Assembly (NCBI GenBank): GCA_964291625.2
Contig: OZ220089.1
Span: forward strand, 320,001-384,000
Length of the DNA stretch: 64,000 nt
Source of the DNA: Candidatus Latescibacterota bacterium
GTDB lineage: Bacteria; Latescibacterota; UBA2968; UBA8231
Reading direction: 5' to 3'
A program made the position numbers and the translations under genes. The notes beneath the pieces are model-generated. The model saw only the letters and a list, made by a program, of their open reading frames with translations. It was not told the origin of the DNA and did no database searches. This document shows, piece by piece, positions 1-8,865 of this stretch. The first letter of the stretch is position 1; each line of letters begins with the position of its first letter.

Positions 1-980
1 AGCCAGGCGTAGAGGGGCCACACCTCTCGCCCTTGCCGGGGGCCGCCGTCACCGCGGGGCCACAGGCCGGCGAGTCCGGCCGCCGCCAGGAGAACACCCA
101 TGGGCGTCAGCACGGCCTCGACGAACCGGCCCGCCATGAGGCGGTAGAAGCCGCCCTGCAGGAGCAGGTCGTGGCTCCACTTGTCGTAGCCCCGGCGGCC
201 CCAGATGCCGAAGGTGAGCCCCGTCTCCTCGAAGAGGCCGGCGGCGTGCACGTGCCAGGCCGCAGCCGGCGCCACCGCCACCAGCAGATAGAGCCACAGC
301 GACCCGCGGCGCACGAAGGAAGGCCCCCAGCGGCCGAGGGCCATGGCCACGAGGGGGAATCCGAGGTACAGGGTTGGGATCTTGAGGGCGAAGCAGAGGC
401 CGGCGATCCCGGCGGCGGCCAGCAGCCAGGCCGTCCCCTCCCGGCAGGCGCGGCCGAAGGCGCTCAGGGCGGCGGCGCTCAGCAGCAGCATGAGCGCCTC
501 GGGCATGAAGGCGCGGCCGAAGAACAGGCTCAGGGGCAGCATCAGGTAGATGGCCACGGCCAGGCGCGCCCCCGCGGCGCTCCCGAGCCAGGCGCGGGCC
601 AGGGAGTACAGGGGGACGGCCGCGGCGGTGGAGAAGAGGGCCGCCAGCGACCGCCCCATCCACTCGTGGGCGCCGCCCGCCAGGGAGTAGAGGCAGGCCA
701 CCAGGAAGGGGAACAGGGGCAGGTTCATCTCCACGTACCCCGGCGTGTTGCCGCGCCAGTCCACGCGGGGATGGAAGAGGGTGAATCCCTCTTCGTGGAA
801 GTTGCGGGCGATGGCCGCCGTGTCGGCCTGGCGCCACGCCTGGTGGTCGATGAGGGGCGCCGTCACCTCCACGAGGCGGAGGCCGAGGCCGGCCGCCAGG
901 AGCAGGAGAAGCCAGCGGTCGGACAGCAGGCGGCCGGGTCCCGCGTCGGCCGCCGGAGAGCTCTTCAGAAGGCTCGCCAA
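1..980 (-). CDS. GT-C fold (family 39/ArnT/PMT-like) integral membrane glycosyltransferase, 3' end runs off the window
   Basis: Not in the ORF track; translated by hand from TTG at 980 as MASLLKSS...LIDHQAWRQADTAAIARNF...HPRVDWRG...GYVEMNLPLFP...GRAFMPEALMLL...LKIPTLYLGFP. It has many hydrophobic helices and the WRQxDT loop motif, and overlaps the stop of the upstream gene. Confidence 0.8.
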   Translation of the reverse strand, partial: MASLLKSSPAADAGPGRLLSDRWLLLLLAAGLGLRLVEVTAPLIDHQAWRQADTAAIARNFHEEGFTLFHPRVDWRGNTPGYVEMNLPLFPFLVACLYSLAGGAHEWMGRSLAALFSTAAAVPLYSLARAWLGSAAGARLAVAIYLMLPLSLFFGRAFMPEALMLLLSAAALSAFGRACREGTAWLLAAAGIAGLCFALKIPTLYLGFPLVAMALGRWGPSFVRRGSLWLYLLVAVAPAAAWHVHAAGLFEETGLTFGIWGRRGYDKWSHDLLLQGGFYRLMAGRFVEAVLTPMGVLLAAAGLAGLWPRGDGGPRQGREVWPLYAW

Positions 981-2167
981 CTGGGCGAACGCTCGTCCCG
1001 GTCGTCGGTTCGCGTGAGGTTGACGGGCATCACCGGTCTCTCGGTGGTGTCGTCCCAGTCGAAGCCGGCGGCGGGCAGCAGGTAGATGTCGAAGGTGCCG
1101 CGGGACCGGCCCCTCTCGTCGGTGACGAACTCGCCGTCCTCACCGATCTTCATCTTCCCCGAGTAGGCCAGGCCGCGGCCGTCGGGAGACCACGCCGGGT
1201 TGAGCTCGAAGGTGTTCTCCGCCACGGTGACCCGCACCTGCTCGGTGAGGTCGCCCCCGGCCACGAGCAGCTCCTGGCCGCCGAAGCGTTCGGAGGCCAT
1301 CACCAGCCGCAGGCCGTCGGGCGACCACGCCGGTTGCTGGTCGATCTTCTTGTGCTCGGTGAGGCGGCGCATGCCGCTCCCGTCGACGTCGATCAGGTAG
1401 ATCTCGTCGTTGCCCTCGAAGGCGCTCGAGGTGAAGGCGATCCGGCGGCCGTCCGGACTCCAGGCGGGCTCCCGGCCCTCGACGAGCCTGCGCTTGTTGC
1501 CGCCGTCGGCATCCATCAGGTAGATGGCCACGTCCCCCTCCCGCTGGCTGACGAAGGCGATGCGCCCACCGTCGGGAGACCAGGCGGCCCCCTGGTCGCG
1601 CTCGGCGTGCTCGGTGAGCCGGCGCCGGTCGCTGCCGTCGGCGTTCATCACCCAGACGTCGATGTTCGACATCACCGTGCCCATGGTGAACAGGATCCGG
1701 CGACCGTCGGGGGACCACTTCGGCTGCTTCTCCACTTCGTAGGTGTCGGTGAGCCGCGAGACCTCGCCCGAGGCCACGTCGACGGTGAAGAGGTCCCAGT
1801 TGCGGACGCGGGTCGGCGTTGAGGCGTAGAGGATGGTACCGGTGCGCTGGAAGGGGGCGTTGGCGCCGGGGGGAATGGAGAACTTCACCCTCTGCCGGCC
1901 GACGCCGCTCACCGGGGGCGAGTCGAGGGTCAGACGCCGGGTCTCCACGTACTCGCCGGCGACGACGGACACCCGGTAGTCGCCGCTCTTGAGATCCGAA
2001 TAGGTGGAGGTGCCGGCCTTGGCGAGCCGGTTGTGGTGCATCTGCAGGTCCTGCGCGTCGAGCCGCAGCAACTGCCCGTCGCCGCCCTCGATCTCGACGA
2101 CGACCTCGTTGCTGCCGCATGCGGCCAGGGCCATGCAGGCGGCGGTCAGGGTAGCTGCGTACCTCAC
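965..2167 (-). CDS. TolB-like beta-propeller lipoprotein (PD40/WD40-like repeats)
   Basis: Lipobox LAAC; repeated P-x-WSPDG-x-x-I/L motifs (QPKWSPDG, AAWSPDG, EPAWSPDG, QPAWSPDG, NPAWSPDG). Confidence 0.88.
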   Translation of the reverse strand: MRYAATLTAACMALAACGSNEVVVEIEGGDGQLLRLDAQDLQMHHNRLAKAGTSTYSDLKSGDYRVSVVAGEYVETRRLTLDSPPVSGVGRQRVKFSIPPGANAPFQRTGTILYASTPTRVRNWDLFTVDVASGEVSRLTDTYEVEKQPKWSPDGRRILFTMGTVMSNIDVWVMNADGSDRRRLTEHAERDQGAAWSPDGGRIAFVSQREGDVAIYLMDADGGNKRRLVEGREPAWSPDGRRIAFTSSAFEGNDEIYLIDVDGSGMRRLTEHKKIDQQPAWSPDGLRLVMASERFGGQELLVAGGDLTEQVRVTVAENTFELNPAWSPDGRGLAYSGKMKIGEDGEFVTDERGRSRGTFDIYLLPAAGFDWDDTTERPVMPVNLTRTDDRDERSPSWRAF

Positions 2168-2275
2168 GTCTCCTCCGAGCGGGCTTCGGTTCGTCGAACG
2201 GGTTGAAGGGCGGTCCGCCGGCCGGTGACGGGGCGCGGGCCCCGGGCGAGGCCGGTCCCGAGGAGCGGTGCCGCC

Positions 2276-2776
2276 CTACTGGAACAGGTCCTTGACCTTG
2301 CCCCAGGTGCTGATGCTGACGTCGGTCGAAGGTCCCGGGGCGATGTCCCGCCACCCGGCCCCGGCGATGACCCGCAGGGCTTCGGCCCCGGGTCCGCTGG
2401 ACACCACGGATCCCTCGTGCTCGATCAGGAGATGGTCGGTGCCGGCGGCGGCGCGCTCCCGCAGCCAACCGACGACCGGCCCCGGCCTGGAGGGATCGGA
2501 GAGCAGCTCCTGCAGAGCCACCGTCTTCAGCCCCGGGACCCGTGCGGGCGAGGGCGTGACGGCGATCCACTCGACCTCCGGCAGGCCGCGGATCAGGCGA
2601 TGGGTGGTCCTGGCGCGTTCGACCTGGCCTGGCATGGCGGGATGAAAGAAGAAGTAGAGGTGGTGGCCGGCGGCCTCCGGGCCGGAGGCCCTCGACCCGG
2701 GCGGACCAAGAAGGAGCAGGGCCAGCGCCAGGGCCGGCGCCGGCAGAAGTCGCAGGGTGTCGTGGCTGGAGGTCAT
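2276..2776 (-). CDS. Small secreted hypothetical protein with C-terminal STWGKVK motif
   Basis: Signal-peptide-like N-terminus (LLPAPALALALLLLG); ATGA overlap with the upstream stop; ends STDVSISTWGKVKDLFQ. Confidence 0.7.
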   Translation of the reverse strand: MTSSHDTLRLLPAPALALALLLLGPPGSRASGPEAAGHHLYFFFHPAMPGQVERARTTHRLIRGLPEVEWIAVTPSPARVPGLKTVALQELLSDPSRPGPVVGWLRERAAAGTDHLLIEHEGSVVSSGPGAEALRVIAGAGWRDIAPGPSTDVSISTWGKVKDLFQ

Positions 2777-5103
2777 TCCGCGCGCAGGGCGTCGTTGAGA
2801 CGGATGCTGTCGACGCCTTCCAGGACCCGGGTCTTCGAGAGGTGGTCGCTCAGGATCTGCTCGACCTGTATGATGCCGACGCGGCTCGGCAGGGTCCTGC
2901 CCAGCACCTCGCCGGTCTCGGGGTCCGTCAACTCCCGGCCCTGGTCCCAGACGGCGAACTTGTCGCCGTTCCGGATGCCGTCGGCCAAGCCGAGGTTAAT
3001 GTACGCGACGGCGCCGTCCACTACCATGATCCTCCCGGCGACCTGGAGGGAGGGAGGGGGCCGGATCTGCTCGGCGATGCCGTCGGCGGCGTTCTTCGCC
3101 CAGGCCGCCAGGGCCTTGCCCACCAGGGACTCGCGGAAGGTGTCCGAATTCCAGGCGAGATCGTCGAGGAAGAAGTACTGCTTGTCGAGAGGGACGAAGG
3201 CGGCCGGGTTGGTGATCCCCGTGCGCTTGCTGTCCATCACCCCCTCGGTGGACAGCTCCCCTCCCCGGCGCCCGTCGATGGCGTTCACCAGGGTCAGGTC
3301 GGCCATGACGATGCCCTCGTAGCTGCGGTAACCGCCGAGGGGCACGGTCGCCTGGAACCGCTTCATCGTCAGCTCCTCGATGTTGCCGAGGATCACCCAG
3401 TCGGCGCCGAGAAAGGCACCGATGCCCGCCGCGCGAGCGTGTCCGATCTCGCCGGTGAGCTCCGGCGGTTCCAGGTAGGCCAGGGCCGAGTCGACCGGGA
3501 CGATCTGGTAGAAGCTGTTGCGGGCGAGGCTGTCGCCCAGGGTCTTGGCGAGGCCGCGGTGGATGTCCCAGGCCCCCTTGTATCCCGAGCTATCGAGGAA
3601 CGGCAGCAGCAGGATCTTCTGTCCCAGGAAGTCCGTGCCTTCGCGGGGGATCACGGGCGGCGGCAGCGGCGCCTCGGCGGACTCCTCGGCGGCCGGCTCG
3701 GCGGCGGCTTCCTCCTCCTCCATCATCACCACCGACTCGAGGCCCGGCATGGTGGCGCAGGCCCCCAGGAGCAGGCCGCCCAGGGCGAGAGCGGCGGCCA
3801 GGGGCGCCCTGGCCGGCCGGGGCCTGCGGCTCCGAGCCAGGACGTACGGCCCCCGGGGAACGACCGCCACCGGCGCGGCCTCGCCGTGGCGGATCCTGGC
3901 GGCCTGGAGGCCCGCTTCGACGGAGCCGGCGGGCTCCACCAGGCCCCGCAGATGGGGGCCGCCGGCGTCGACGCCCTCGCTGTAGAGCAGCACCCGGGCC
4001 CGGCGCAGGACCTTGCACAGCTCCTGGAGCTGCCACTGGTCGATGCGGAAGAACCCGGGGTCCCCGAGCCTCTCCTCGAAGGCCTCGGGGCTCTCCGTCT
4101 CCTCGAGGAGCCGGACGAACTCGGGGCTGCCCAGGCCCTCGGCGCAGCGCGCCGCCAGCACGATCGTGCCCCCTTCGGCGACCACCGGCAGCACCGCGGT
4201 CAGGCCCTTCACCGCCTGGTAGAAGGTCAGGTCCAGGGGGTAGCCGGCGCTGGTGGTGACCACGATCGGGACAGGCTCCTCGACCCATGCGGAAGCCCCG
4301 GCCTCGACGAAGGCCACCCCCGTGGCGTGGGCCTCCTCGAGATCGCCGGCGAAGATCCCGGTCACCTCGCGGCGGTGGTTCATGGCCACGTTGAGGGTGA
4401 AGTCCACCCCCGCCGTGAGGGCCACCTCGAGGGCCTGCCGGTGGAAGGGATTGCCCTCGATGACGCCCTCCGCCGACTTGGGGTGACTCATCAGCTCGGG
4501 CCCGTGGAGGACCCGCATCGTGTCGACGCCCACGATCCCGGGACAGACCGCCTTGCGGCCGCCGGAGTACCCGGCCATCAGGTGCGGCTCGATCAGGGAG
4601 GTGGCGATCTTGAGGTCGGCCTCGGCATAGAGCCGGTCGAGCCAGATCGGGGCCCCGCCGGAAGTCCGGCCGAGGTGCACGAGGCTCCCGCGGTCCCGGG
4701 CCCTGTGGTTCTCGATCCGGTAGCCGGCGGCCACCCGCGGTCCCACGAGCCGGACCAGCTCCTCTCCCTCGTTGGGGCGGTGCAGGCCGGTGCCCACCAG
4801 GATGGTGATGTGCCGGCGCTCGATCCCGGCCTCCTCCAGGGTGCGCAGCAACGGCGGCAGGATGACCGGGTTGGGCACGGGCCGGGTGATGTCGGAGATG
4901 ACGACGCAGGCGCTGCGGCGGCCCCGTGCCAGCCGGGCCAGGGCGGGGGTCCCGATCGGCTCCCGCAAGGCCTCCTCCAGCCGGGCGTCGACATCGTCCA
5001 GGGCGGGCACGTCGGCCATGTCCAGGATCTCTGCCCCGGCCGGGATCTCTACCTCGAGGCCGTGCTCTCCGTAGTCCAGACGCAGTCGGCGGGTGGATGG
5101 CAT
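2773..5103 (-). CDS. LarA-family (nickel-pincer racemase/epimerase) domain fused in frame to a lipoprotein-like CsgG/FlgO + FlgT-C-like region
   Basis: The first ~420 aa carry LarA motifs (SDITRPVPN, GTGLHRP, ENHRARD, IEPHLMAGYSGGRK, GYPLDLTFYQAVKG). Then come a hydrophobic stretch with LGAC, an E/A/P-rich linker, LLPFLDSSG, and a FlgT-C-like end (YINLGLADGIRNGDKFAV...DPETGEVLG). Confidence 0.8.
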   Translation of the reverse strand: MPSTRRLRLDYGEHGLEVEIPAGAEILDMADVPALDDVDARLEEALREPIGTPALARLARGRRSACVVISDITRPVPNPVILPPLLRTLEEAGIERRHITILVGTGLHRPNEGEELVRLVGPRVAAGYRIENHRARDRGSLVHLGRTSGGAPIWLDRLYAEADLKIATSLIEPHLMAGYSGGRKAVCPGIVGVDTMRVLHGPELMSHPKSAEGVIEGNPFHRQALEVALTAGVDFTLNVAMNHRREVTGIFAGDLEEAHATGVAFVEAGASAWVEEPVPIVVTTSAGYPLDLTFYQAVKGLTAVLPVVAEGGTIVLAARCAEGLGSPEFVRLLEETESPEAFEERLGDPGFFRIDQWQLQELCKVLRRARVLLYSEGVDAGGPHLRGLVEPAGSVEAGLQAARIRHGEAAPVAVVPRGPYVLARSRRPRPARAPLAAALALGGLLLGACATMPGLESVVMMEEEEAAAEPAAEESAEAPLPPPVIPREGTDFLGQKILLLPFLDSSGYKGAWDIHRGLAKTLGDSLARNSFYQIVPVDSALAYLEPPELTGEIGHARAAGIGAFLGADWVILGNIEELTMKRFQATVPLGGYRSYEGIVMADLTLVNAIDGRRGGELSTEGVMDSKRTGITNPAAFVPLDKQYFFLDDLAWNSDTFRESLVGKALAAWAKNAADGIAEQIRPPPSLQVAGRIMVVDGAVAYINLGLADGIRNGDKFAVWDQGRELTDPETGEVLGRTLPSRVGIIQVEQILSDHLSKTRVLEGVDSIRLNDALRAE

Positions 5104-5116
5104 CCGTCCTCCTTCC

Positions 5117-5989
5117 TCAGAGGCGGGAGCGCAGGTAATCGGCGAAGGCGGGGCCGTTGTCGGGGTCGGCGAGAGCGAAGTCGGCGAAGGCCCGGTAGTA
5201 GGTCAGGGGGGTGCCGATGTCGTAGCGCCGCTCGCCCGGAGCCAGCTGTACGCAGCGGACGGCATCCCCCCATTCGAGGAGGCGGCGGATCGCGTCGGTG
5301 AGCCAGAGCTCTCCGTTCACCCCCGGATCGGTGGCGGCGATCGCCTCGAAGATGCGCGGGGTGAAGACGTAGCGGGCGGCCACGGCCAGGCGGCTCGGGG
5401 CCTCTGCGGCGGCGGGCTTCTCGACGATGCCGTCGATGGCGAAGGCCCCCCCGGCCCGGTCCTCGGCCGGCCTCACCACGCCGTACCTGCGGGTCTCTTC
5501 CAGCGGCACCTCCCAGACGGCGATGGTGGCGCTGGCGCCGGAGCTCTCGTGATCGCACACCAGGCGGCGGACGACGCCGGGCTGTCCCGCCGAGGCGAGG
5601 ATCGTGTCGCCGAAGCCGACGACGAAGGACTCGCCGCCGACGAACTCGGCCGCCAGCCGCACGGCGTCGGCATTACCCAGGGGCCGCCGCTGCCGGACGT
5701 AGAAGAACTCGACGCTCTCGCGGTCGTAGTCGACCTCCCCGATCCGGTCCTTGGCCCCGACGCGCGACTCGAGCTCCGGATCATCGTCGAAGTGGTCCTC
5801 GATGGACCGTTTCTTGCGGCCCGTGACGAAGAGGAACTTGCCGATGCCCTGGCCGATCATCTCCTCCACCACGTACTGGACCACCGGCTTGTAGCCTACG
5901 GGCAGCATCTCCTTGGGCTGGGACTTGGTCGCCGGCAACAGGCGAGTCCCCAGGCCGGCCACGGGCAGCACGGCTTTGTCGATCGCCAT
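5117..5989 (-). CDS. galU: UTP--glucose-1-phosphate uridylyltransferase
   Basis: KAVLPVAGLGTRLLPATKSQPKEMLP, VRQxxPLGNADAV, GIVEKP, GELWLTDAI, RYDIG; start set at ATG 5989. Confidence 0.9.
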   Translation of the reverse strand: MAIDKAVLPVAGLGTRLLPATKSQPKEMLPVGYKPVVQYVVEEMIGQGIGKFLFVTGRKKRSIEDHFDDDPELESRVGAKDRIGEVDYDRESVEFFYVRQRRPLGNADAVRLAAEFVGGESFVVGFGDTILASAGQPGVVRRLVCDHESSGASATIAVWEVPLEETRRYGVVRPAEDRAGGAFAIDGIVEKPAAAEAPSRLAVAARYVFTPRIFEAIAATDPGVNGELWLTDAIRRLLEWGDAVRCVQLAPGERRYDIGTPLTYYRAFADFALADPDNGPAFADYLRSRL

Positions 5990-6111
5990 CGGAGACCTTT
6001 CGGATCGGGCGGGATTGCAGCAATCTAGGGGTGGTTTCGATTTCAGCAAGGCGCGGGGAAGCCGCCCGGCCGCCCCCTGCGCGGCCCCTCGGAAAGGCCG
6101 GGATCACCCCT

Positions 6112-7263
6112 ATGGCTGTGACTGTTCCAGGCCCCACCGGTTCCTCGGCGCCGGCCGCCGGACCCCTTCGCCGGATCCCGCGGCGCGGCGCCGGACTGGG
6201 CACGGCCCTCTCCCGCCGCCGGCTGGAGGAACTGCTGATCCGCCTCCGCGGCCTCCGGATCGCCGTGGTGGGCGACTTCTTCCTCGACGCCTATTACGAC
6301 TGCGACCCCGGCCTCCGGGAGGCCTCCCTGGAGACGGGCAACACCTGCTACCAGGTCGTGCGCACCCGCCGCCAGCCGGGAGCCGCCGGCGCCGTCGCCG
6401 CCAACCTCGCCGCCCTCGGCGCCGGCAGCGTCCACGCCATCGGGTTCTGCGGAGAGGACGGCGAAGGCTGGGAGCTGCGGCGCGCCCTGGACGGCCTCGG
6501 CCTCGACATGGCCGGCTTCCTCACCGCCGCGGAACGGCGCACGCCGACGTACGGCAAGATCTGCCACGTGGGAAGGGACGGCGGCCGGCTGGTTCTCCGC
6601 CGGGAGCTGGAACGCCTGGACATCCGCAACCGGCGGCGGACGCCGCCCTGGGTACAGGAACGGCTGGCAGGATACCTGCGCGGCTCCGGGGAATGGGACG
6701 CCGTCGTCGTCGTCGACCAGGTTCCGGACGCCGGCTGCGGCGTGGTCACGGCGGGCCTGCGATCCTGCCTGGAGGACCTGGCCGCGGCGCGCCGGGAACG
6801 GGTGATCCTCGTCGACTCGCGGCAGCGCCTGCGCCGTTTCACCCGGCTGCCGGTCAAGCCGAACCGCCGCGAGGCGGCCGCCGCCCTCGGACAGCCGCCG
6901 GCCCGCTCGGTCCGCGCCGCGGCGATGCAGGCCCGGCAACTGGCGGCGGGAAGGCGGCCGGTCTTTCTCACCCTGGGCGAGAGGGGCATGGTGGCGGCCG
7001 ACCCCGGGGGCCCGGTGCACCACGTGGCCGGATTCCCGCCCCCGTCGGGAGTGCCCGTCGACCCGGTGGGCGCCGGGGACAGCGTCACCGCGGCCCTGGC
7101 CTGCTGCCTGGCCGCTGGCGCCTCTCCCGTGGAGGCGGCGCTGGCGGCCAACCTGGCGGGCTCGGTCACGGTGCAGCAGATCGGCACCACCGGCACGGCG
7201 TCCCCGGCGCAGATCCGCCGCCGGTGGCGGGAGGTCGACGGGGGCGAAGGCCACGGCCGCTGA
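6112..7263 (+). CDS. PfkB/ribokinase-family carbohydrate kinase (HldE kinase-domain-like)
   Basis: VVGDFFLDAY, PGAAGAVAANLAALG, KPNRREA, FLTLGERGM, VDPVGAGDS, TVQQIGTTGTA. The start is uncertain. Confidence 0.85.
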   Translation: MAVTVPGPTGSSAPAAGPLRRIPRRGAGLGTALSRRRLEELLIRLRGLRIAVVGDFFLDAYYDCDPGLREASLETGNTCYQVVRTRRQPGAAGAVAANLAALGAGSVHAIGFCGEDGEGWELRRALDGLGLDMAGFLTAAERRTPTYGKICHVGRDGGRLVLRRELERLDIRNRRRTPPWVQERLAGYLRGSGEWDAVVVVDQVPDAGCGVVTAGLRSCLEDLAAARRERVILVDSRQRLRRFTRLPVKPNRREAAAALGQPPARSVRAAAMQARQLAAGRRPVFLTLGERGMVAADPGGPVHHVAGFPPPSGVPVDPVGAGDSVTAALACCLAAGASPVEAALAANLAGSVTVQQIGTTGTASPAQIRRRWREVDGGEGHGR

Positions 7264-7422
7264 GCCCCGCCCGGGGCAGCGGCAAGGGAGCAGCGGCCCG
7301 GGTGGACGCCTGCCGGAGCCCCTGCAAAGGAGTGCTTGCCGCCCTTGCCCGGGGTCACCTTCGTCCTGACGTTAGCACCCGGAATCACCCTGTCGGCCGG
7401 TTGTCCCGGTGAGGAGCGTCCC

Positions 7423-8841
7423 TTGACCGATCGAATCACTCCATCGCAGGCGGGTCGACGGCGTCCGGGCAGACGGCCTCTCGGGGCCTCCCTCCGGCAT
7501 TCCTTCGCCGCCCTGCTGCCGCCGGTGTTCCTGGTGGCCTGCGGACCCGACATCGAGGGGATCATCGACGATCTCGGCGATCCTTCCCGCCACGACGACG
7601 CCCGCCAGGAGCTGCTGCTGGCCAAGGCGTTCGCCGTGGATGCCCTGCTCGACGCCCTCGAGGACCCCGAGAGATCCGCCGTCCGCTTGGAGGTGGTCGA
7701 TGTGCTGGCCAGCCTCAACCTGCGCGTCGACGACCCCCGCATCGACGAGGCCCTCCAGGAGCACCTCGTCAACGACCCCGACCCGGAGGTGCGGGCCCAC
7801 ATCGCGAGGTCCGCCAGCGTGTACCCGAGGGAGGCCTTTCTCGATCCCCTCATCGACAGCGGGTTGAGCGACCCCGACGGGGATGTCGTGCTCCAGTCCC
7901 TGATCGCTCTCGAGACGCTCGAAGGCCGAGGCCGCATGACCCCCGAGCAGGTGGAACGGCGGTTCAGGAGGGCCCTGGAGCTCAGGGGTCATCCCCACGA
8001 AGAAGTGGTCCGGGAGGCCCACATCCTTCTGGAGAACCGCGCCGCCGGCCTCGTCGACGAGGGGCGGGCCCTGGAGATCCAGGCCCGGACCGCGGAGGCG
8101 GAGTCCCTCTACACGCGGGCCCTCGAGATGGTGCCCGGCGGCCGTTACGCCACCTACCGACTGGCCCGCATGCACTTCGACGCCGGGCGCCGCCACCGGG
8201 GCCTGGGCATTCTGCGGGACAACGGCATGCTCCTCGACGTGCCCCGCGTCTCCGGGACGATCGTCGCCGACGGCCGGCTCGACGAGCCCCTGTGGTCGGC
8301 GGCGGCCTCGGCCGACCGCTTCTACGTCTTCGTATTCGCTCACCGGGCGGCCTTCCCCTCGCCGGTGGCCTCGGAGATACGGCTCGCCCGGAGCGACGAC
8401 GCCCTCTACCTGGGGTTCATCGGATACGACGAGAGCCCCGACAGCCTGGTGGTGAAGACCCACGAGGAAGACGGGCAGATCTGGTGGGAGGACACCCTCG
8501 AGATCTTCCTCGACGCCAGCCTCGACCACCGCAGCTACGTTCACCTGGGCATCAACAGCATCGGGGTGCGCGGCGACGCCGCGCACGCGGACGGCTTCCG
8601 GAGCAAGGACATGGCCTGGGACGCCGACTCCGAGATCGGCGCCCTCGTCTCGGACGACGCCTGGTCGTTGGAGGTCGTCCTGCGCTTCGGCGAGCCCTGG
8701 CTGCCGCGCCCGAAGCCCGGAGACGTGTGGGGGGCCAACTTCGTGCGCACCCACCGCGGCTCCGAGTACAGCCAGTGGGTCCGCACCTTCGGACAGACGG
8801 GCCACACGCCCGACGAGTTCGGGTTCCTGCTCTTCCGGTAG
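7423..8841 (+). CDS. Lipoprotein with HEAT/TPR-like helical repeats and a C-terminal CBM9-like domain
   Basis: TTG start after GAGGAG; lipobox LVAC; HEAT-like DPDPEVRAH and DPDGDVV; CBM9-like DGRLDEPLW, DDALYLG, WWEDTLEIFLD, WSLEV, WGANFVR. Confidence 0.72.
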   Translation: MTDRITPSQAGRRRPGRRPLGASLRHSFAALLPPVFLVACGPDIEGIIDDLGDPSRHDDARQELLLAKAFAVDALLDALEDPERSAVRLEVVDVLASLNLRVDDPRIDEALQEHLVNDPDPEVRAHIARSASVYPREAFLDPLIDSGLSDPDGDVVLQSLIALETLEGRGRMTPEQVERRFRRALELRGHPHEEVVREAHILLENRAAGLVDEGRALEIQARTAEAESLYTRALEMVPGGRYATYRLARMHFDAGRRHRGLGILRDNGMLLDVPRVSGTIVADGRLDEPLWSAAASADRFYVFVFAHRAAFPSPVASEIRLARSDDALYLGFIGYDESPDSLVVKTHEEDGQIWWEDTLEIFLDASLDHRSYVHLGINSIGVRGDAAHADGFRSKDMAWDADSEIGALVSDDAWSLEVVLRFGEPWLPRPKPGDVWGANFVRTHRGSEYSQWVRTFGQTGHTPDEFGFLLFR

Positions 8842-8865
8842 TCCCCGCGTCGCCGCCGGCGCGCC

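Noticed and set aside
965-2167. Canonical tolB / Tol-Pal locus
   Set aside because: It lacks the TolB N-domain context, and pal, tolA and cpoB are not adjacent; treated as a generic PD40 propeller.
2773-3700. Flagellar gene (FlgT), and FlgD calls at 48747-52758
   Set aside because: No flagellar genes are nearby; these are generic folds reused in non-flagellar proteins.
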